From positions 101,347-165,346 of the forward strand of contig JAQGDQ010000207.1 of NCBI GenBank assembly GCA_030141605.1: a stretch of DNA of 64,000 nt. The letters run 5' to 3'. This DNA is from Tubiluchus corallicola. Taxonomy: Eukaryota > Animalia > Priapulida. The notes below the pieces were generated by a model, which saw only the letters and a list, made by a program, of their open reading frames with translations, made no database searches and was not told where the DNA came from. Below, piece by piece: positions 26,752 through 40,668 of this stretch. A program made the position numbers and the translations under genes. Position 1 is the stretch's first letter; the number at the start of each line of letters is the position of its first letter.

Positions 26752-27929
26752 GTAAGAACTTTTGTACAGGTATATTTACATCATATGCCCTTTTTGTGGA
26801 CATTGAGCTGGCAGAATTCTATATTAAATGAAATCTGCTCTCAAGACAGATTTATACACTATACCACAGTAATCCAGCAAAAAAGTAGACTGCTATGCTA
26901 GTGGGTTTTGAAAGCAGTTAGTTTAAGCAACATTTTTATTTGATAAGAAATATCATAAGTACGTTTATAATAAAAACAATGAGCACTTAATCAAACGCTG
27001 ATTGGCTAACAGGTATAACGTATATAAAACCTTTCAGTGAGTAGATACGTCATTTATAACAGGCAAACGATTGCAATCTCTGTTAGTTTTGCGTTAAGTA
27101 AGAGCGAGATTGAGAAGGTTTGTAACTTTTTTTTGAATAGCGGGTGTGTGAAAGGACGGGATGATTTGGTTATGATGTGTTTGATGTTGATGTTAAGCAA
27201 CAAAAATAGAATGAGTGATAGCGAAGCTAATGAAGGAAAGATGAAAGTGTTGGGGTCAGGGGAACGCAAGAGTATAAATAATTTATAACGTAGAAGTAGA
27301 ATTCAAAGATTTTAATGCGCCATAGATTTAATTTTATTAATTACTACTCCCACTTTGTATAATAAACAAGATTTTTGAAAGGATTTAAGATCGTAAAGGA
27401 GTGGAAATCTTTCATTTGTGAAGTGGTGTAGAGGCAACCATTGATTCATAAATAAAATTTAGTGTACTCTAAATACTTTAGTGCTTTATGGTATGTCAAA
27501 TATGAAATTTAGCTATGTTATAATATATATCATGCTTGCAGTGTCTTGTCTTGTCTCACCTGCTTGTTTTTTTTTTAAATTTTAACTAAATGTAGAATTT
27601 GTTTACAGTGCTCAAAACAAATTAAGAAATGTTGACGACTTAATAAATTATGGATAATAAAACAAGAAACTAAATCCTTCTCAAATTGACAACATCAACA
27701 CCCCAAAATTTAAATGTAGAAAATTCAGTGCATCTGGTTCCTACAGGTGGCAGCAGCAAATTGAACATCATGTAAGTTCTATAAATTTATGTGTACTATC
27801 ACTGCTGTTACTTGGGGGGGGGGGGGGCATACAAGTTTAGTTATCTTAGAATTCATAGTGTGTTGAATTTAACTATACTTGTAAGACAGTCTGTTGTTTC
27901 ATCTGTTAAATGAATATACTAGAAATACT

Positions 27930-28270
27930 GAAGTATCTAGGATGATCTCCGAACTCGGGTGGGAAACACTAGAAATTATACGCCGACAAGCGATACTACG
28001 ATACTAAACATCTTTCGTGATATAATGCATCACAGGATAGGTATAAATTTACCAACTTACATCACCCCATCTCTCAAAGATAACAACAAATTTGTTCAGC
28101 CATCGGCAACAGTTGATATTTATTTATACTCCTTCTACCCCGGAGCGATACATTTGTGGAACAAACTTCCACCGGATATCAGATAAATCACTTTTAGAGA
28201 TCACTTCCGAGCACTAGCACCCTCTGCGGTTTCTACCATGAGGGTGCCATCCCACATAACCTGTGTGTAA
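27930..28270 (+). mobile_element. CR1/L2-group LINE 3' fragment (frameshifted)
   Basis: MISELGWETLEIIRRQA ... YLYSFYPGAIHLWNKLP, typical C-terminus of this LINE group. Confidence 0.75.
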
Positions 28271-29646
28271 ATCTAACTGTGTTTTTAGCCCGCACCCACC
28301 ATGTTTGTTTTGCTTGTTTCACCTCTTCTCATAACCTCTAATACCGTCACCAGTTAGCGAGTTGCAGAGTGTATACTAACCATGTGCACCTCAAAACTTC
28401 TAGTATGTTGTCAATGACATTTTAGAAGTATGTTATTCAAGACTTCATCAGATATTATTTCTACATATTTTTTCTTTTTTATGATTTAGTAATTGCAAAC
28501 ATTAAATTTAGTTTAAGCGTAGCTTTATTGTAATAGAAAATTACAGTATAAGGCTTGACGGTTATATGTAAGTAATGAATGTTCTCGCCAATGGAACGTA
28601 ACACTTAGAAGAATGCAGACGATGAACTACATCAGTAGAAGCATTATAGTTTTTTGCTGGCAGTATAGGTACATTTGTAATGTTGACATAACATTAATAT
28701 TACTATGTAAACAATGTAAACTAATACAATGGTTAGAAGCACATAGTTAGAAATACAAATTTCTGTACAAGTTTTAATACTTGAACATTAACAGTTGTAT
28801 GAAAATGTTGATTACCATGAAGAAACAGATAAACGAGTTCATTTGTTGACAGATTATGAATTCTAATGTGTGTTCTTGCAAACCAAAACCGTCCGTAAGT
28901 CGGCATAGTTAAAACTATGTTATGATGTTTCAAAGTAGAAAGCACCAAAACTTTGGTCAAATGTAAATTTTTTGTTTTTTATAAAAACAAATACTAAATA
29001 TATTGAACTTTTATATTCTAGCATCAAATTATCAAAAAAATGTCAAAAACATGTGGAAATTTTTTATTTCATAACCCTGTGCCTACTTTCTGACTAGAAA
29101 CTAGTACTGCAATTGTAAAAAACTCTTATTTTCACACTCCGACAGTAGCTCGTGGAAGCCATCATTTTGCTTCTGGTTTTTCTGTTGACAAGCACAGATC
29201 TTTGTCAGGAAAAGCCATTTACTGGCTATAAACATAACTTCAATCTGCTCTTGCAAAGTCCATAGCAACCACACTTTGTTACAGTTGCTAAGTGTTTTGC
29301 AGAGACGCGACAAAAAACAATGGCTGACTTTAACAGTGATTATCTCAAGAACACGTTTTTCACTGCATAGCCTGCACCTCAACTTTAACGTGGATTATCT
29401 CAGCTTAAAAATAACATAGAGCGATGATCTTGGTACCAAAATGATTACTGTGAAATGGAGATTCAGGATATTTGAATAACTAGAAAAGCTTAATTACCGA
29501 CTTATGGGTTTTGCTATGTAAGCACACATATTGTATTGACAAAGTTCAGATAGCAAGTTTTCTTGAGGTTGGTGAAATCTTACTATTTTTCATGATGAGC
29601 ATTAAGTACACAGGTATTGCATGTCATTTTCATTTATTTTTGGCAG

Positions 29647-29867
29647 CTGTTGTGTTGATGAAATTGCCGCCCGACATGTCAATGCAGACTGTATCATACA
29701 CTACGGACGTGCTTGTCTGAGCCCAACAGGTGGCATTCCTGTACTATACGTGTTTGGACGAGAACAACTTGATGTCGACGACTGTTGCAGCAAGTTCCGT
29801 TCTTTGTTCACAGATGTCGCTTCCAGAATTGTCATCATCGGCGATGTAATGTACGATTACTTATTAG
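29647..29867 (+). CDS. DPH2: DPH2 coding exon 3
   Basis: CCVDEIAARHVNADCIIHYGRACLSP...PVLYVFG; ggcag acceptor, G|GTGAGA donor. Confidence 0.95.
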
Positions 29868-30608
29868 GTGAGAATGTCTAACAATCTTGTTCGAATTTGT
29901 GAAAATTTTGTATACCTATTACTTTACCATCCTTGTTTATTGGTTGTATGTGCCTGGATCTGCTAGTGTTTCATGCATTTTAACTTTTCTTTGCTTGTTT
30001 TTTTACGTCTCTTAAAATAGTTTTCTCTTCATAGCTTTGTATATTTTATAATAATTTAGAAATTGACTAAATATGTACTTGTTACCCTGTCAGGGTATCC
30101 ATGCATCCAATGTAACGTGAATTATCTCAGCTTAGAATAACGTACAGCGATGAGCTTGGTATCAAAATGATACCGGTATTGCCGACTTATGGACAATTTT
30201 GCTATGCAAACAAACATATTATTGAAGTACATATTTTCATTACTGAACGAATTGAATTCGAGCTGGTTGTATTTTATAAATCAGAAAGTGAGAGAACCTT
30301 GGAATTTATTGCCTATTAAGGTGAATTCAGGTGAACGTAAAATGTATCAATTCCTAAAAGAAGTATCAGTCAACCATTTTTGACAAAAAACTGCAGTTGG
30401 TGTGTTTGATTTGTATGTGTTTTACTAAGCACTGCAATAACACTTGTAAATGTGACGTATTATACATGCACTACCTTTACCTTCATTTGTGCATTTGGCC
30501 CACAGTTGGAAAGGGAGGCTTGCAGCAAAAGCATTGTTGTCTTTAAGCTTTCTATTAGTCATTTTTTACAGTCTGCCAATATTGTCAGATTTTATTTTTC
30601 TTTTTCAG

Positions 30609-31256
30609 AAGAAATTTGCTCGCGTTTGTGTTCGAACTATGAGAGTTTAACTGTTGCAAAACTTCAGCACATTTCGTCATCATCCATTGACACTTCCGAT
30701 GAAAGGATAGTGCAAAAATGTGGTAGAACGTTTTCCGTTCCCATAAATTCCGCACTAGAAGATGCTGACATGTTTTACGTAGGTTTGCCGGACTCATCAA
30801 CCATGTTGAACTTAATGTTGACGTTTAACAGGTGTAAGTTTTCTACGTATAACCCTGAGAACAAAGAAGGGCGACGTGAAATTTTGAACGTTAATAAAAT
30901 GCTGATGAGGCGATATTATATGATAGAAAAGGCGAAAGATGCACAAATTGTCGGAATTCTGGTGGGAACACTGGGCGTGGCGAATTACGTAGGCATCATA
31001 GATCAACTGAAATCAGTTATCCGACAAGCGGGAAAGAAGTATTATACCATCAGCGTGGGAAAACTGAATCCGGCTAAATTGGCAAATTTTCTGGAAATAG
31101 ACGTGTTTGTGTTAGTCGCGTGTGCAGAAAACTCTCTGATAGATTCGCAAGATTTCTACAGGCCGATCGTGACGCCGTTTGAAATGGAAATAGCTTGCAA
31201 TCAGCAGCGGACGTGGACCGGTGATTACGTGACTGATTTTCAAGAACTTTTACCAG
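30609..31256 (+). CDS. DPH2: DPH2 coding exon 4
   Basis: [23 protein letters not shown]...[22 protein letters not shown]...[11 protein letters not shown]; tttttcag acceptor, G|GTGTGA donor. Confidence 0.96.
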
Positions 31257-31490
31257 GTGTGAATTTTGTTTTTGATCTCTTTACAACAGGTGTAATAAGG
31301 CCTGTGGCGGAACAGAATTTGAAAGAGATGTTTTAACTGTGATTGCCCAGAATACTACACCTTTTTATTAAAGAACAATTAGCCGTATGGCAAATTTGTT
31401 ACAGAAAGAAATGATGTGAATACAGCGGGATTTGTACCCAAGATCAGTTATGTCCTCTTGCTCTAACTACCTGAGCCATGTATCCACATG

Positions 31491-32000
31491 CAGGGATGAG
31501 AATTTTCCGCGGATACGCGGAATTCCGAGTTTTTGCAAGACCAGTAGTGTCATTTTTGTAAATCGCGTAAATTTGTTGAGAGAATTTTTACGGGCCCAGT
31601 ACATTATATCACAAGATGACCGCTAGTTGGCAGTCTGTCACTTTGTTTATGTCACGTAAATCAGTGTAACCACATGTATATCTCTATGTATAAAAATATA
31701 GAATCAATTGTGTGGAGTTATAAAAGTCAATTGCAGACAGTTTTTGTATACTTTTGCATAGGAGCGGCCAGCGTTTTTGAGACAATTAGGTATCATGTAT
31801 CCTTGATAGTTGGGTATTTTAAATTATGCATGAAAGAAGTAATTGAAATTTAAGTCAACTTGGAGGCTCTCTATTTGTCATTGCAAATTGTTGTTGGCTC
31901 CAAGGGGGGTTCACCCCCTTGAACCCCCATGGGGGCCTATGCGGCCCCCAAACCCCCAGCCTGTTTCAGAGTTTTTTGCAATTTGTCATTCTCATCCCTG
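31491..32000. mobile_element. TIR MITE (hAT-like ends)
   Basis: CAGGGATGAGAAT ... ATTCTCATCCCTG flanked by CACATG; internal part also present at about 8068..8245. Confidence 0.8.
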
Positions 32001-32790
32001 CACATGCAAGAAGCAGCCCTGAGTTCTCCTCCCTGCCTATTCAGTACTACTTTCTCAATGTGGGTACATAGTTCAGTGCGTGTAGTTAGTTCACTTAGTT
32101 TAATACATTACACTATGTATAGTATGTTATAATACGTTATAGTTTAATTCTAGTCACATGTTCTAATCATTTCATATCTGCTCAGAATTCAGAAGTATTC
32201 AGAAATATTGGCTTCAGTTCGCACACGTGAAGCCTTAGGCTTTCCTCTATCAGTGAAATGATTTTTATTCTTGCAGACAGGAATCAAATTAAAGTTCATT
32301 AGTTAATTAGCATGCTAGGATGAAGTGCAGAACATCATTATGCAAAAGCTAAATTTGATTTACGCATCTGAAGTTTTCGATTGTCAAATGTTGGAAGTAA
32401 TTACCTAATTTTTTTGTAATTCAATATATCACAGGCTGGAATCCAGCACTTAAATGTAGGGTTGCTCAGCAGTCAATACAGTGTTTGTAGCAAGACTGGA
32501 ACCTGCCTGATTATCAAGACTGTGTAACTGGTCGGATGATCCATTGAACCAGAAAAGGTGTCTTAACCATGCTTTGATGTGATAATGTTGTGCCTGATCC
32601 CTTTGCAAGTTAAAAAGCTGGAATTGGTATACTGAATGAAGCCACCCTAAGTGAGTAGTGATGATGGTCCCCCATAAGATTATCCAGTCTTGGTGCCATT
32701 CTTAACTTCAGTCACCAAACAGAATGCCGTGACCACTCGCCTATTAAACCCACGTCACAAAATGCAATAATGAACACTTTACTTTTTCAG

Positions 32791-32970
32791 GTGCAGCAGA
32801 ATTTCTGCCATTAAATCCGGAAAAAAACATGGAAGTGAGCGACGTTTCGTTAATCACGGGACAAATCAGAAGTATCGGTGCACGAACAGAAGCTGAACAG
32901 GACACTTCCCGTCAGTACGCTCTTGTGGAGAAAAAACGAACTATTTTAACTTCTTTATTACCAAGTGCAG
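32791..32970 (+). CDS. DPH2: DPH2 coding exon 5
   Basis: tttttcag|..DVSLITGQIR.. (Dph2 SLITG motif); G|GTTGGT donor; 180 nt, phase 1-1. Confidence 0.9.
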
Positions 32971-34242
32971 GTTGGTACTTTCAAAACAAAATAAGCAGAT
33001 CTCAAAATCTCAATTTTGTTTTCAGTTGAAATAATTTTCCTGTTCAAATACTAGTTGGGGAATCGCGAGTACCAACGGCCTACTATTTTATTGTGCGCAG
33101 GGTTTGTTTGTATTAGGCTGTCCACAAAAAATTGTTTCTGTCTTACCTCATGAGCTCGAAAGATGTCAGTTGGGAGGGAGGGAAATTTTTTTTAGCTTCT
33201 GTGAATGATTAAAGCTGAATCGTAGAATATTTAAAACTAGTTGAAATCAATGTTTGTTTATTTCCAACTGGTTAGCAGTAATGTTTTAAATTTTTTCAAT
33301 GCACATTTTTTCAGTTATGTTTTTTGTTTCTCATTACTAAATTATCGTATAATTATCGATTATTTTATAGTTTCTTTTTGTATCATGAATATGCGTGTTC
33401 TGATAATTATGGTATAAGCGGTAACACTACTCGACCATTAATGCACCGATTTGGTGGAAAATTCCATACTTTTTAGCCTCCAGTACAATGACAATCATAC
33501 AGAATGGCAACCCTAGCCGAGAGTTAGCCATGGAAAAACATGGCCGTGTCCTGCATTCCTGAAAACGACATTATAATAATTATTGCGTTTTACGTTTTAA
33601 ACTAAATACACAGGAATACACTTTTATCTGACTGTGTTTAGTAAATATACAAACTTACAGAAAAACTTTAAAATTCTCGGCCAGGTTCTCGATTAAAAAT
33701 ATTACCTGCACGATTAGACTGAAACAGAAGTATTTTTATTATTGGCCTTAGCAACAATGTTGTGTAAAATGTAAAAATTTAAACTTCTGCTATTGCCAAT
33801 AGATGCAGCCAATTTGACGACAGATCATTTGAGGCAAAGTTTGAAAAAATTTCACATTGCTTCACTAACTGAGCTAAAGTATGAATTTCTGTATCTTGTC
33901 AGTAAGATTAAAAAGATGTTTTAGGTGAGTCCTTGGTGCATACTGGGAAGGTAAGTCAGTGATGCTTTGCCAGTTGGCTAGAACACTTTAAATTACTAAG
34001 AATTTTTTTCTAGTTACATGAGTCTTTCAAGCAAATAAGCATAAAGTTAAGTAATATAATTTTGTGTGGAAAATTTTTTGGGATTTGCCCTGAAATTCCC
34101 TTTTCTTTCCTTTTAAGAATCCTGGTTCAGGTTTTCCGTCCCTTTTTTATTGTACTATGTTATATTTGTAACAAACCTGGATCCGATATTTCAAAATGCA
34201 AAGATGTTTATACGTGTATCTGATAACAAAATATTTTTGCAG

Positions 34243-34367
34243 ATAAATTTTTAAATGAAAGAGCATGGTCTGGGCTGGAGCAGAATTTGGGAGACACACC
34301 CATTCAAAGGGCAAAAGAAGGACAGAAGGGCATAGCTATGGAGTATTCCAGGGAACCTGTGTCTTGA
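34243..34367 (+). CDS. DPH2: DPH2 terminal coding exon
   Basis: tttgcag|DKFLNERAWSGLEQNLGDTPIQRAKEGQKGIAMEYSREPVS*, typical Dph2 C-terminus; AATAAA at 34462..34467. Confidence 0.93.
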
Positions 34368-34689
34368 CTTTAACTTCAGCCTGAGAAAAGAGTATTTTGT
34401 GCTTTTTGTGTTAAAATGATATTGTTGATAGACAACCATGAGTATTGATTAATTTTACATCAATAAACTGTTGTAATGCTCAGGGTACTTTGGTTCCTGT
34501 TAGTTTAAAAGTTCTGTTAGCAGATGGCGATACTGATGCCGTACTAAGGATTGTGAGTAATAATATACAATGCTGTTCGTCCACACAAGAATGTATTAAG
34601 TAACAAGAAATTAAGTCTTAACGTTATCAGCATATTTATGTGCAACAGTGAAACATTGGGTTAAATCATTACTCTAAAAAGCCGTTTGA

Positions 34690-35020
34690 CACATTTCATA
34701 GAAGTCTTCTAATGAAAGTTTTAAAGATAAGACGAGCTATACATAATCAAAAATGAAGATTTATACAGCAGGACAAAAAAATTCCGTGGATTCGAGATCT
34801 TAAGATTAAGATGGCTAGGACATCTTCTAAGTTTACCAAGTGAAGCACCAGTAGGAACTGGCTTAAAGGAAGCCTTAAAACCTTGCAAAAAAGCACCTGG
34901 CAAACCAAAAACAACTTGGATAGCTGCGATACACAAAGATGTTCAACTACTTCAACCAAATCTATCTTTAGGAGTAGAAGAACTTCTGCTGTTACCTGCA
35001 GATAGAAGTAGGTAGGTGGA
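34690..35020 (+). mobile_element. RTE-like LINE 3' fragment
   Basis: RLRWLGHLLSLPSEAP...ALKPCKKAPGKPKTTW; related decayed copy at about 51170..52190. Confidence 0.7.
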
Positions 35021-37436
35021 ATACTCTAATAAATATTGATACCTCAGTGCCTACAGTAGATGGAATGAGGCTTTTAAATAATGCAATGAAATCTATTGAG
35101 CTGAAAGAGGAAGTGATTATAGCTGGTGTGTATGTAAATAACAATTATTTGTGTTTATTTGTTTGTATAAATTGTTTATTGAATTAAAATATTGTGCTGT
35201 TATAACAAATTGTTTTTTATCATTTGAATATCTCAAGATATCTCAAAATTTAGGATGATTCTGTCTCATTAGATTTTTCTAAAACTTTTGTTTATGCTTT
35301 TCACACTTTTCAATGATCATAGATGGCAGCACAATCACAGAAGTCCTAATGTTCCACTGTAGGACAGTTTGTGTTAACTGGATGGAGGTGCAGGTTGTTA
35401 GGCTTAGGTGGAGGACATGGCTATATCAGGTGGAGTAAAAATGTGTTGATCATGATATTTTCAGAAGAAAACAACTAAACCTCTTGAAATTTACCTCATT
35501 GATGTTACAGACGCTTATGTATAAACGCGCGCGCTTATAAGGACAGATCTTCTTCTTCATAAACGATTTATTAGTTTTCTTAGCAAAAACAGTAAAAAAA
35601 TGGTATAGAAACTCCTTGCTTTTTTTCACTGAAAACTATGCAGTTGGAGTTTAGCCTCCATTTACTGAACATTGTGCAGACTTTATACAATTGAAAAGCA
35701 AAAAGCATGATAATGGAATGTGAATTGCAAGTCCAAAACTTACCAACTGCGTGATAAGTAACAGAGACCGTTTACACTAACAAAAATGAACAATCGATCA
35801 TCACAGTTACCCAGGATCATTGTTCCTTAGTAACAATTTTTCATTGCATAATACTAAGAGACGTAAATTGCATAATACTAAAAGACATTATACTAATTAG
35901 ACTAAGAGAGTAACGTAAATTCATTTGGAACTCGGAAACTGTAAGCAAAAGAGGCAAGTAGTTTTTGGCCTGCATTTTTATGACCACCTGCTTAATGGAC
36001 TCTTATGAAAGCAAATGAAATAATGTCTCACAGCATAATGTAGCCGACAATGTGCCTGTAATAATAGTAGATGGATTTTAGGTTGTGTCAGTGTGTCTGA
36101 TTTTTATTATTTTTTTCTTGAAGTGTTTTGCTTAACTCTCCTCCAAGCCTGGACAAGGCTGTTAAATGATTAGGATGAGGCATGGGATATTTTTTTGCAC
36201 ATCTGCTTTCCAAACATCTTATGTACGAACACCAAGCATGTTTTGTTTTTCAGTATACCTTCACCATTGCAGAAAACCATTGCCTTCAGTATACATAAAA
36301 TATATACGTCCATTAAGCTGCAAGGACAAAACAAAACTTAATCTGTTAGTATAGTATTACTGTTCCATAAGTCATTCAAGTGGAGTGTATTACATCCTCT
36401 TATCAGTCATGTTTCAAAAGCAAAATGAACCATCAGAATGCCAGCAGTTCGCGTTGACACTGTTTCTGCAGATGACAGACGTCGTTACTGTCTTCACAAG
36501 TCATAACTTTCTGCAAATAATAAAATAAAGTATTCGTAGTTAAATATGAACTCACTCTTTTAATTCAGTAAATTGAAGAATTTAAAAAAATTGTAGTCTC
36601 TAAAATAAATTAACAAGCTCTGAGATGCTCTCTACAGGGCTACTGTTATCCATTGGCAAAATGTTTATGGTTGATCATGTTATTAATATAATAGTAATAA
36701 TAATAATAATAATAATAAAAATAATAATAATAATAAAAACAATAACAACAACAACAATAATAATAATTTCGTTTTGGACATAGTCCAGGGATGACTCACT
36801 ACTTATCCAAGGTGGCCCGATTATTATTACCCACGTTTCTTTGACAACCTGCTTGTTTGGTCGAAAAATCAGCGGTAGCATCATTTTTTAATCTTTGGTG
36901 GTATGACTCGATGGGGAGTTGAACCCGCGACCTCCAGGTAATACCTTAGAGCAGCTCAGGGAATTTATTTTAGTACTGATAAGGCTTAAATATATAGCTA
37001 TCTGCATCATTAGTGATATTAATAATAGAACAATCTTGAAGTTTAGATTATGAATAAATCATATTTAATATGCGTTTATTATCAAACTGAAGTTGATTGA
37101 TTTCTTTTGTTTGCCATAGCATCGTATTTTCAGCCTTGATAATTTATATATTAATATAATGTACAGTAGTTGTAAGGACTGTGAAAAGTGCAAATATCAC
37201 TGTTCATTTATCAGGTTATTGAGGCTTAAAACACGACGCTCTCGATTTTCATTATCAGTATAGTATGTTTTATACAAACAGTACACGAGCACCAATTATA
37301 CAATAATAGATTAAATAAACAAGAATATTCTAGAATCTGAACTTCTGACTTGCGTGTGTGAACCTGATCAGTGAGTGAATAAGTTGATAGAGATTCGACA
37401 CCAGCGAATGTTGCCTACTATTTGATGATGAGCAGC

Positions 37437-37740
37437 CTGTGTCAACTGCACTAGTGTACACTTCAACAGCAAAGCCATTGGTCAACTGCCTGGTGTACAC
37501 TTCAACACAACCATTGGTCAACTGCACGGTACACTTCAACAGCAACCATTGGTCAACCCACACCAACACAAACCACCCACACACCAACCAAACCACAACC
37601 ACACACCACACAAGTCAACTGCACTAGTGTACACTTCAACAGCAGAGCAATTGGTCAACTGCACTGGTGTACTCTTCAACAGCAGAGCCATTGGTCAACT
37701 GCACTGGTGTACACTTCAACAGCATAGCCATTGGTCAATG
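37437..37740. repeat. About 38-bp tandem repeat
   Basis: unit GTGTACACTTCAACAGCA(A/G)AGCCATTGGTCAACTGCACT, 6-7 degenerate copies with an AC-rich interruption. Confidence 0.85.
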
Positions 37741-37741
37741 G

Positions 37742-38160
37742 CAGGGCCGGATTATGACCTTTTGGGAGCTTGGGATAATGAAATCATGGGGCCCCTTCAG
37801 ATGGAGCCCCTCACTAATGTGCTCGCATTCGTCCCGAATATTTTTACTTGTGATAAATATTATATTTTAGCGACATTTGCATAGCTGGAGGCCCCATATT
37901 TCAAATAAAGGGCTTCAAACGGGCCCTCATATCTAAAACAAATGCCCTCAAAAACCGTCCTTTGTCTGAAATAAAAGGCCTCAAACAAAGATCCTTTATC
38001 TCAAATGAGGATCCACTTTCAAATTGGATTTTCAGACTTCCTAGCCCCTTTTTTAAAGTTGAAACTTTATTTTGTGTTTTATTAATTATTCAGCAAAGGA
38101 AAGCATGGTGCCCCAAGCTGCAGCTTATGCCAACCTAGCCTATAGTGTAATCCTGCCCTG
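37742..38160. mobile_element. hAT-like MITE inserted at the end of the tandem array
   Basis: CAGGGCCGGATTA ... TAATCCTGCCCTG; perfect 8-bp TSD GTCAATGG. Confidence 0.9.
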
Positions 38161-38977
38161 GTCAATGGGTAGCCACTCGTACGTGATTACACAGCGGACT
38201 TAGTGTTGCTGTCCTAACTGTGCTCCTCCATATATTTATATCAAAAGAGATTTACTTTGATAAATTATTTGATATCTGAGAAGATAAAAGCAAGTACTTG
38301 TATTATGGACCCGTAAGCACATGTATTTGCGTAGCACATGTATTTGCGTTTGTTTTATTGAATTAGAGGCTTATATGGGTGCCTTAATCAGGCCCACACC
38401 CCACAGTGTCCTGGGTGGAGAGGCAGTGACCTTGGTCCTATTCGAGGATTTAGTTTCTTGCTGTCATCCAAGGTGCACAGTCGTAGGCGCAACCACCGTG
38501 TTGCCCATGGCTACTGTTTACTTACTGTTTACTGTAACTTTTTACTGTTGCTGTTTACTTTTTATTAAGGTATATACTTTAGTGCCTAATAAAAATAAGT
38601 GTCAATTCTGTTATTACTCGGAAAATACAAGCACGTGTGGGCCGATGGGCCTAATGGGCCAACTTGCGAAATGTCCGTTTGTCCCTAGGCCTATGTAGGC
38701 TTGTAGAATATGCGGTTCGGGCCTGCAGTAGTGCTCCTCTGTCATTTTACTGGTAATTTGGAAGAATGCAAACACTTACGAGCTCCATGGATAATGTCTA
38801 TGTTGTATGCAAACACTATGCAAGCACCAATTACACGAGAATCGATATTTTCAGTTGTTACATCCACATTAATGTTAGTACAGTCCGAATTAGACTATAA
38901 TAAGTTTTTCCAATTAACGTGGAAACCATGTTGCAAAAACAGCACTCGGGGTCCTTTTTTCAACAGTTTTTTTGTTA

Positions 38978-39461
38978 CAGTTAACCTCGGATATAAGTGA
39001 CACCTCGGGACCGAAAAAAACCGTCCCTTATATCCGATGTCCCTTATAGCCGAAGTTGAGTTAGACCGAGGGTGTATCTGGACCTTTACCTTTCTGTACC
39101 TTTACCCATATTTTTATGCATCATTGCCACACATTCAGTGCAAACGGTATGTAGGAAGCTCCTTCAGTGATGCCAGATGTATGTGACCGCAGAAACTGAG
39201 CTGTTCGAAGGCCGAGTTTGTGAAAATTGAGGTTAAAAATATAGCAGTTTCACTTTGATCATAGAGTCCCTTATATGCGAGGCAATTTAGGGGGGTTTCT
39301 ATTACGTGGGACCTGAAAACATCGTCCCTTATAACCGAAAGTCCCTTATATCTGAGTACCGTATATACGATTATTTTTACATAGGAAAAACGTTACGAAA
39401 AATCGGTCCCTTATAAGCGAGGATCCCTTATAAGCGAGTACCTTATACCCGAGGTTGACTG
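38978..39461. mobile_element. Tigger-like MITE, copy 2 (inverted relative to 23777..24218)
   Basis: TA|CAGTTAACCTCGGATATAAG ... CCTTATACCCGAGGTTGACTG|TA; shared internal sequence. Confidence 0.88.
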
Positions 39462-40109
39462 TATTTTAATTAATAAAACAAGCAGATTTGGTCCTTTTAG
39501 TATCAACTTCTAAAGGCGTTTTCACTTCCAAGACCCGATTACATATAAGTCAGAATAAAACTATATAATCTTCCTCAATTATATACTCAGCTACGTGGGT
39601 CATGGCTTATACATGTAACTGTATATCATCCATTAATTTGTTCTGTTTTCAGTGTTATTTTCTCTTTTATTTAAAGTGCAAAGTTTACTGAGTGTTTTCA
39701 CTTGGTGCTACTGTTGGCTTAGATGTCAAAATGATAAGTAGCTACTGGATCTGTCACATCACTCGTCTATTCACTGATATGGCTGCAACGTGATTAGGCA
39801 AAACTGCGTATTTATGTCTGGCAGGTAGGATGAAATTTGATATTAATTTTATGATAATTAGAATTTTTATGTTTTCTATTCAATGTAAAATCACAAACGC
39901 AAATATTGGTGTCACTAGAAGAACTTTCATTTTACAAGTTTTATACAACTTTGCGTGTTTTGTTGAGGGCAAAAAACAGCGGAGTGTAATGAAAGTAATT
40001 ATACTTTGTTTAATTAATCGTGAAATTGAATTTTGGATACGTACTAGACTTACTTGCAAATCAGTCAAAAGTTAATAAAAACTCTTTATAATAATATAAT
40101 AACAATGTT

Positions 40110-40625
40110 GGCTTAATTGACAATGTCCAAACTTACAGGTCTTCTTAACTAAAACCATCTACAGGTCAAGATAATTGACAATGACCAAACTTACGGGTCT
40201 GCTTAGCTGAAAGCATTTACAGGTTTACTTAATTGACAATTTCCAAACTTACATGTCTACTTAATTGAAGGCATCTACAGGTTTACTTAATTGAGAATGT
40301 CCAAACTTACAGGTTTACTTACAAGTCCATCCACTTGAAAGTGTCCACAGGTCAACTTAGAAGCGTCTGCAGTTCCATTTAATTGCAGCGTCTGAAGGTC
40401 TAATCACTTGAAAGCCAGGGGTTTAGTTGAATGGAAACACCTACGTATTTAGTTAAAAGCGTCTGCTGGTTAAAAGTGTCTACATATCTACACAATTGAA
40501 GATGCCTATAGGTCCGTATGACTGACAGCGTGTACGGGTCTTCTTAAATGAAACTGCCTAGTCTGTTTAATTGAAGGTGGCCAAAGCTCCAATCAACTGA
40601 AAACGTTTAAACGTCCACTTAGTTG
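40110..40625. repeat. Degenerate 26/52-bp tandem repeat
   Basis: AATTGACAATGTCCAAACTTACAGGT-like units decaying rightwards. Confidence 0.75.
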
Positions 40626-40668
40626 ATGCAAGGCCGCAAAAATCTATTCGGCAGAAATTTATTGTTAA

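Noticed and set aside
30452-30608. N-terminal part of the 294-aa ORF
   Set aside because: Intronic read-through; the DPH2 exon starts at the acceptor before 30609.
36900-36940. tRNA-like B-box sequences (also near 14445 and 31420)
   Set aside because: No complete cloverleaf; they are heads of tRNA-derived SINEs.
37437-37740. About 38-bp repeats superficially CRISPR-like
   Set aside because: Contiguous tandem units without unique spacers, eukaryotic context, no cas genes.
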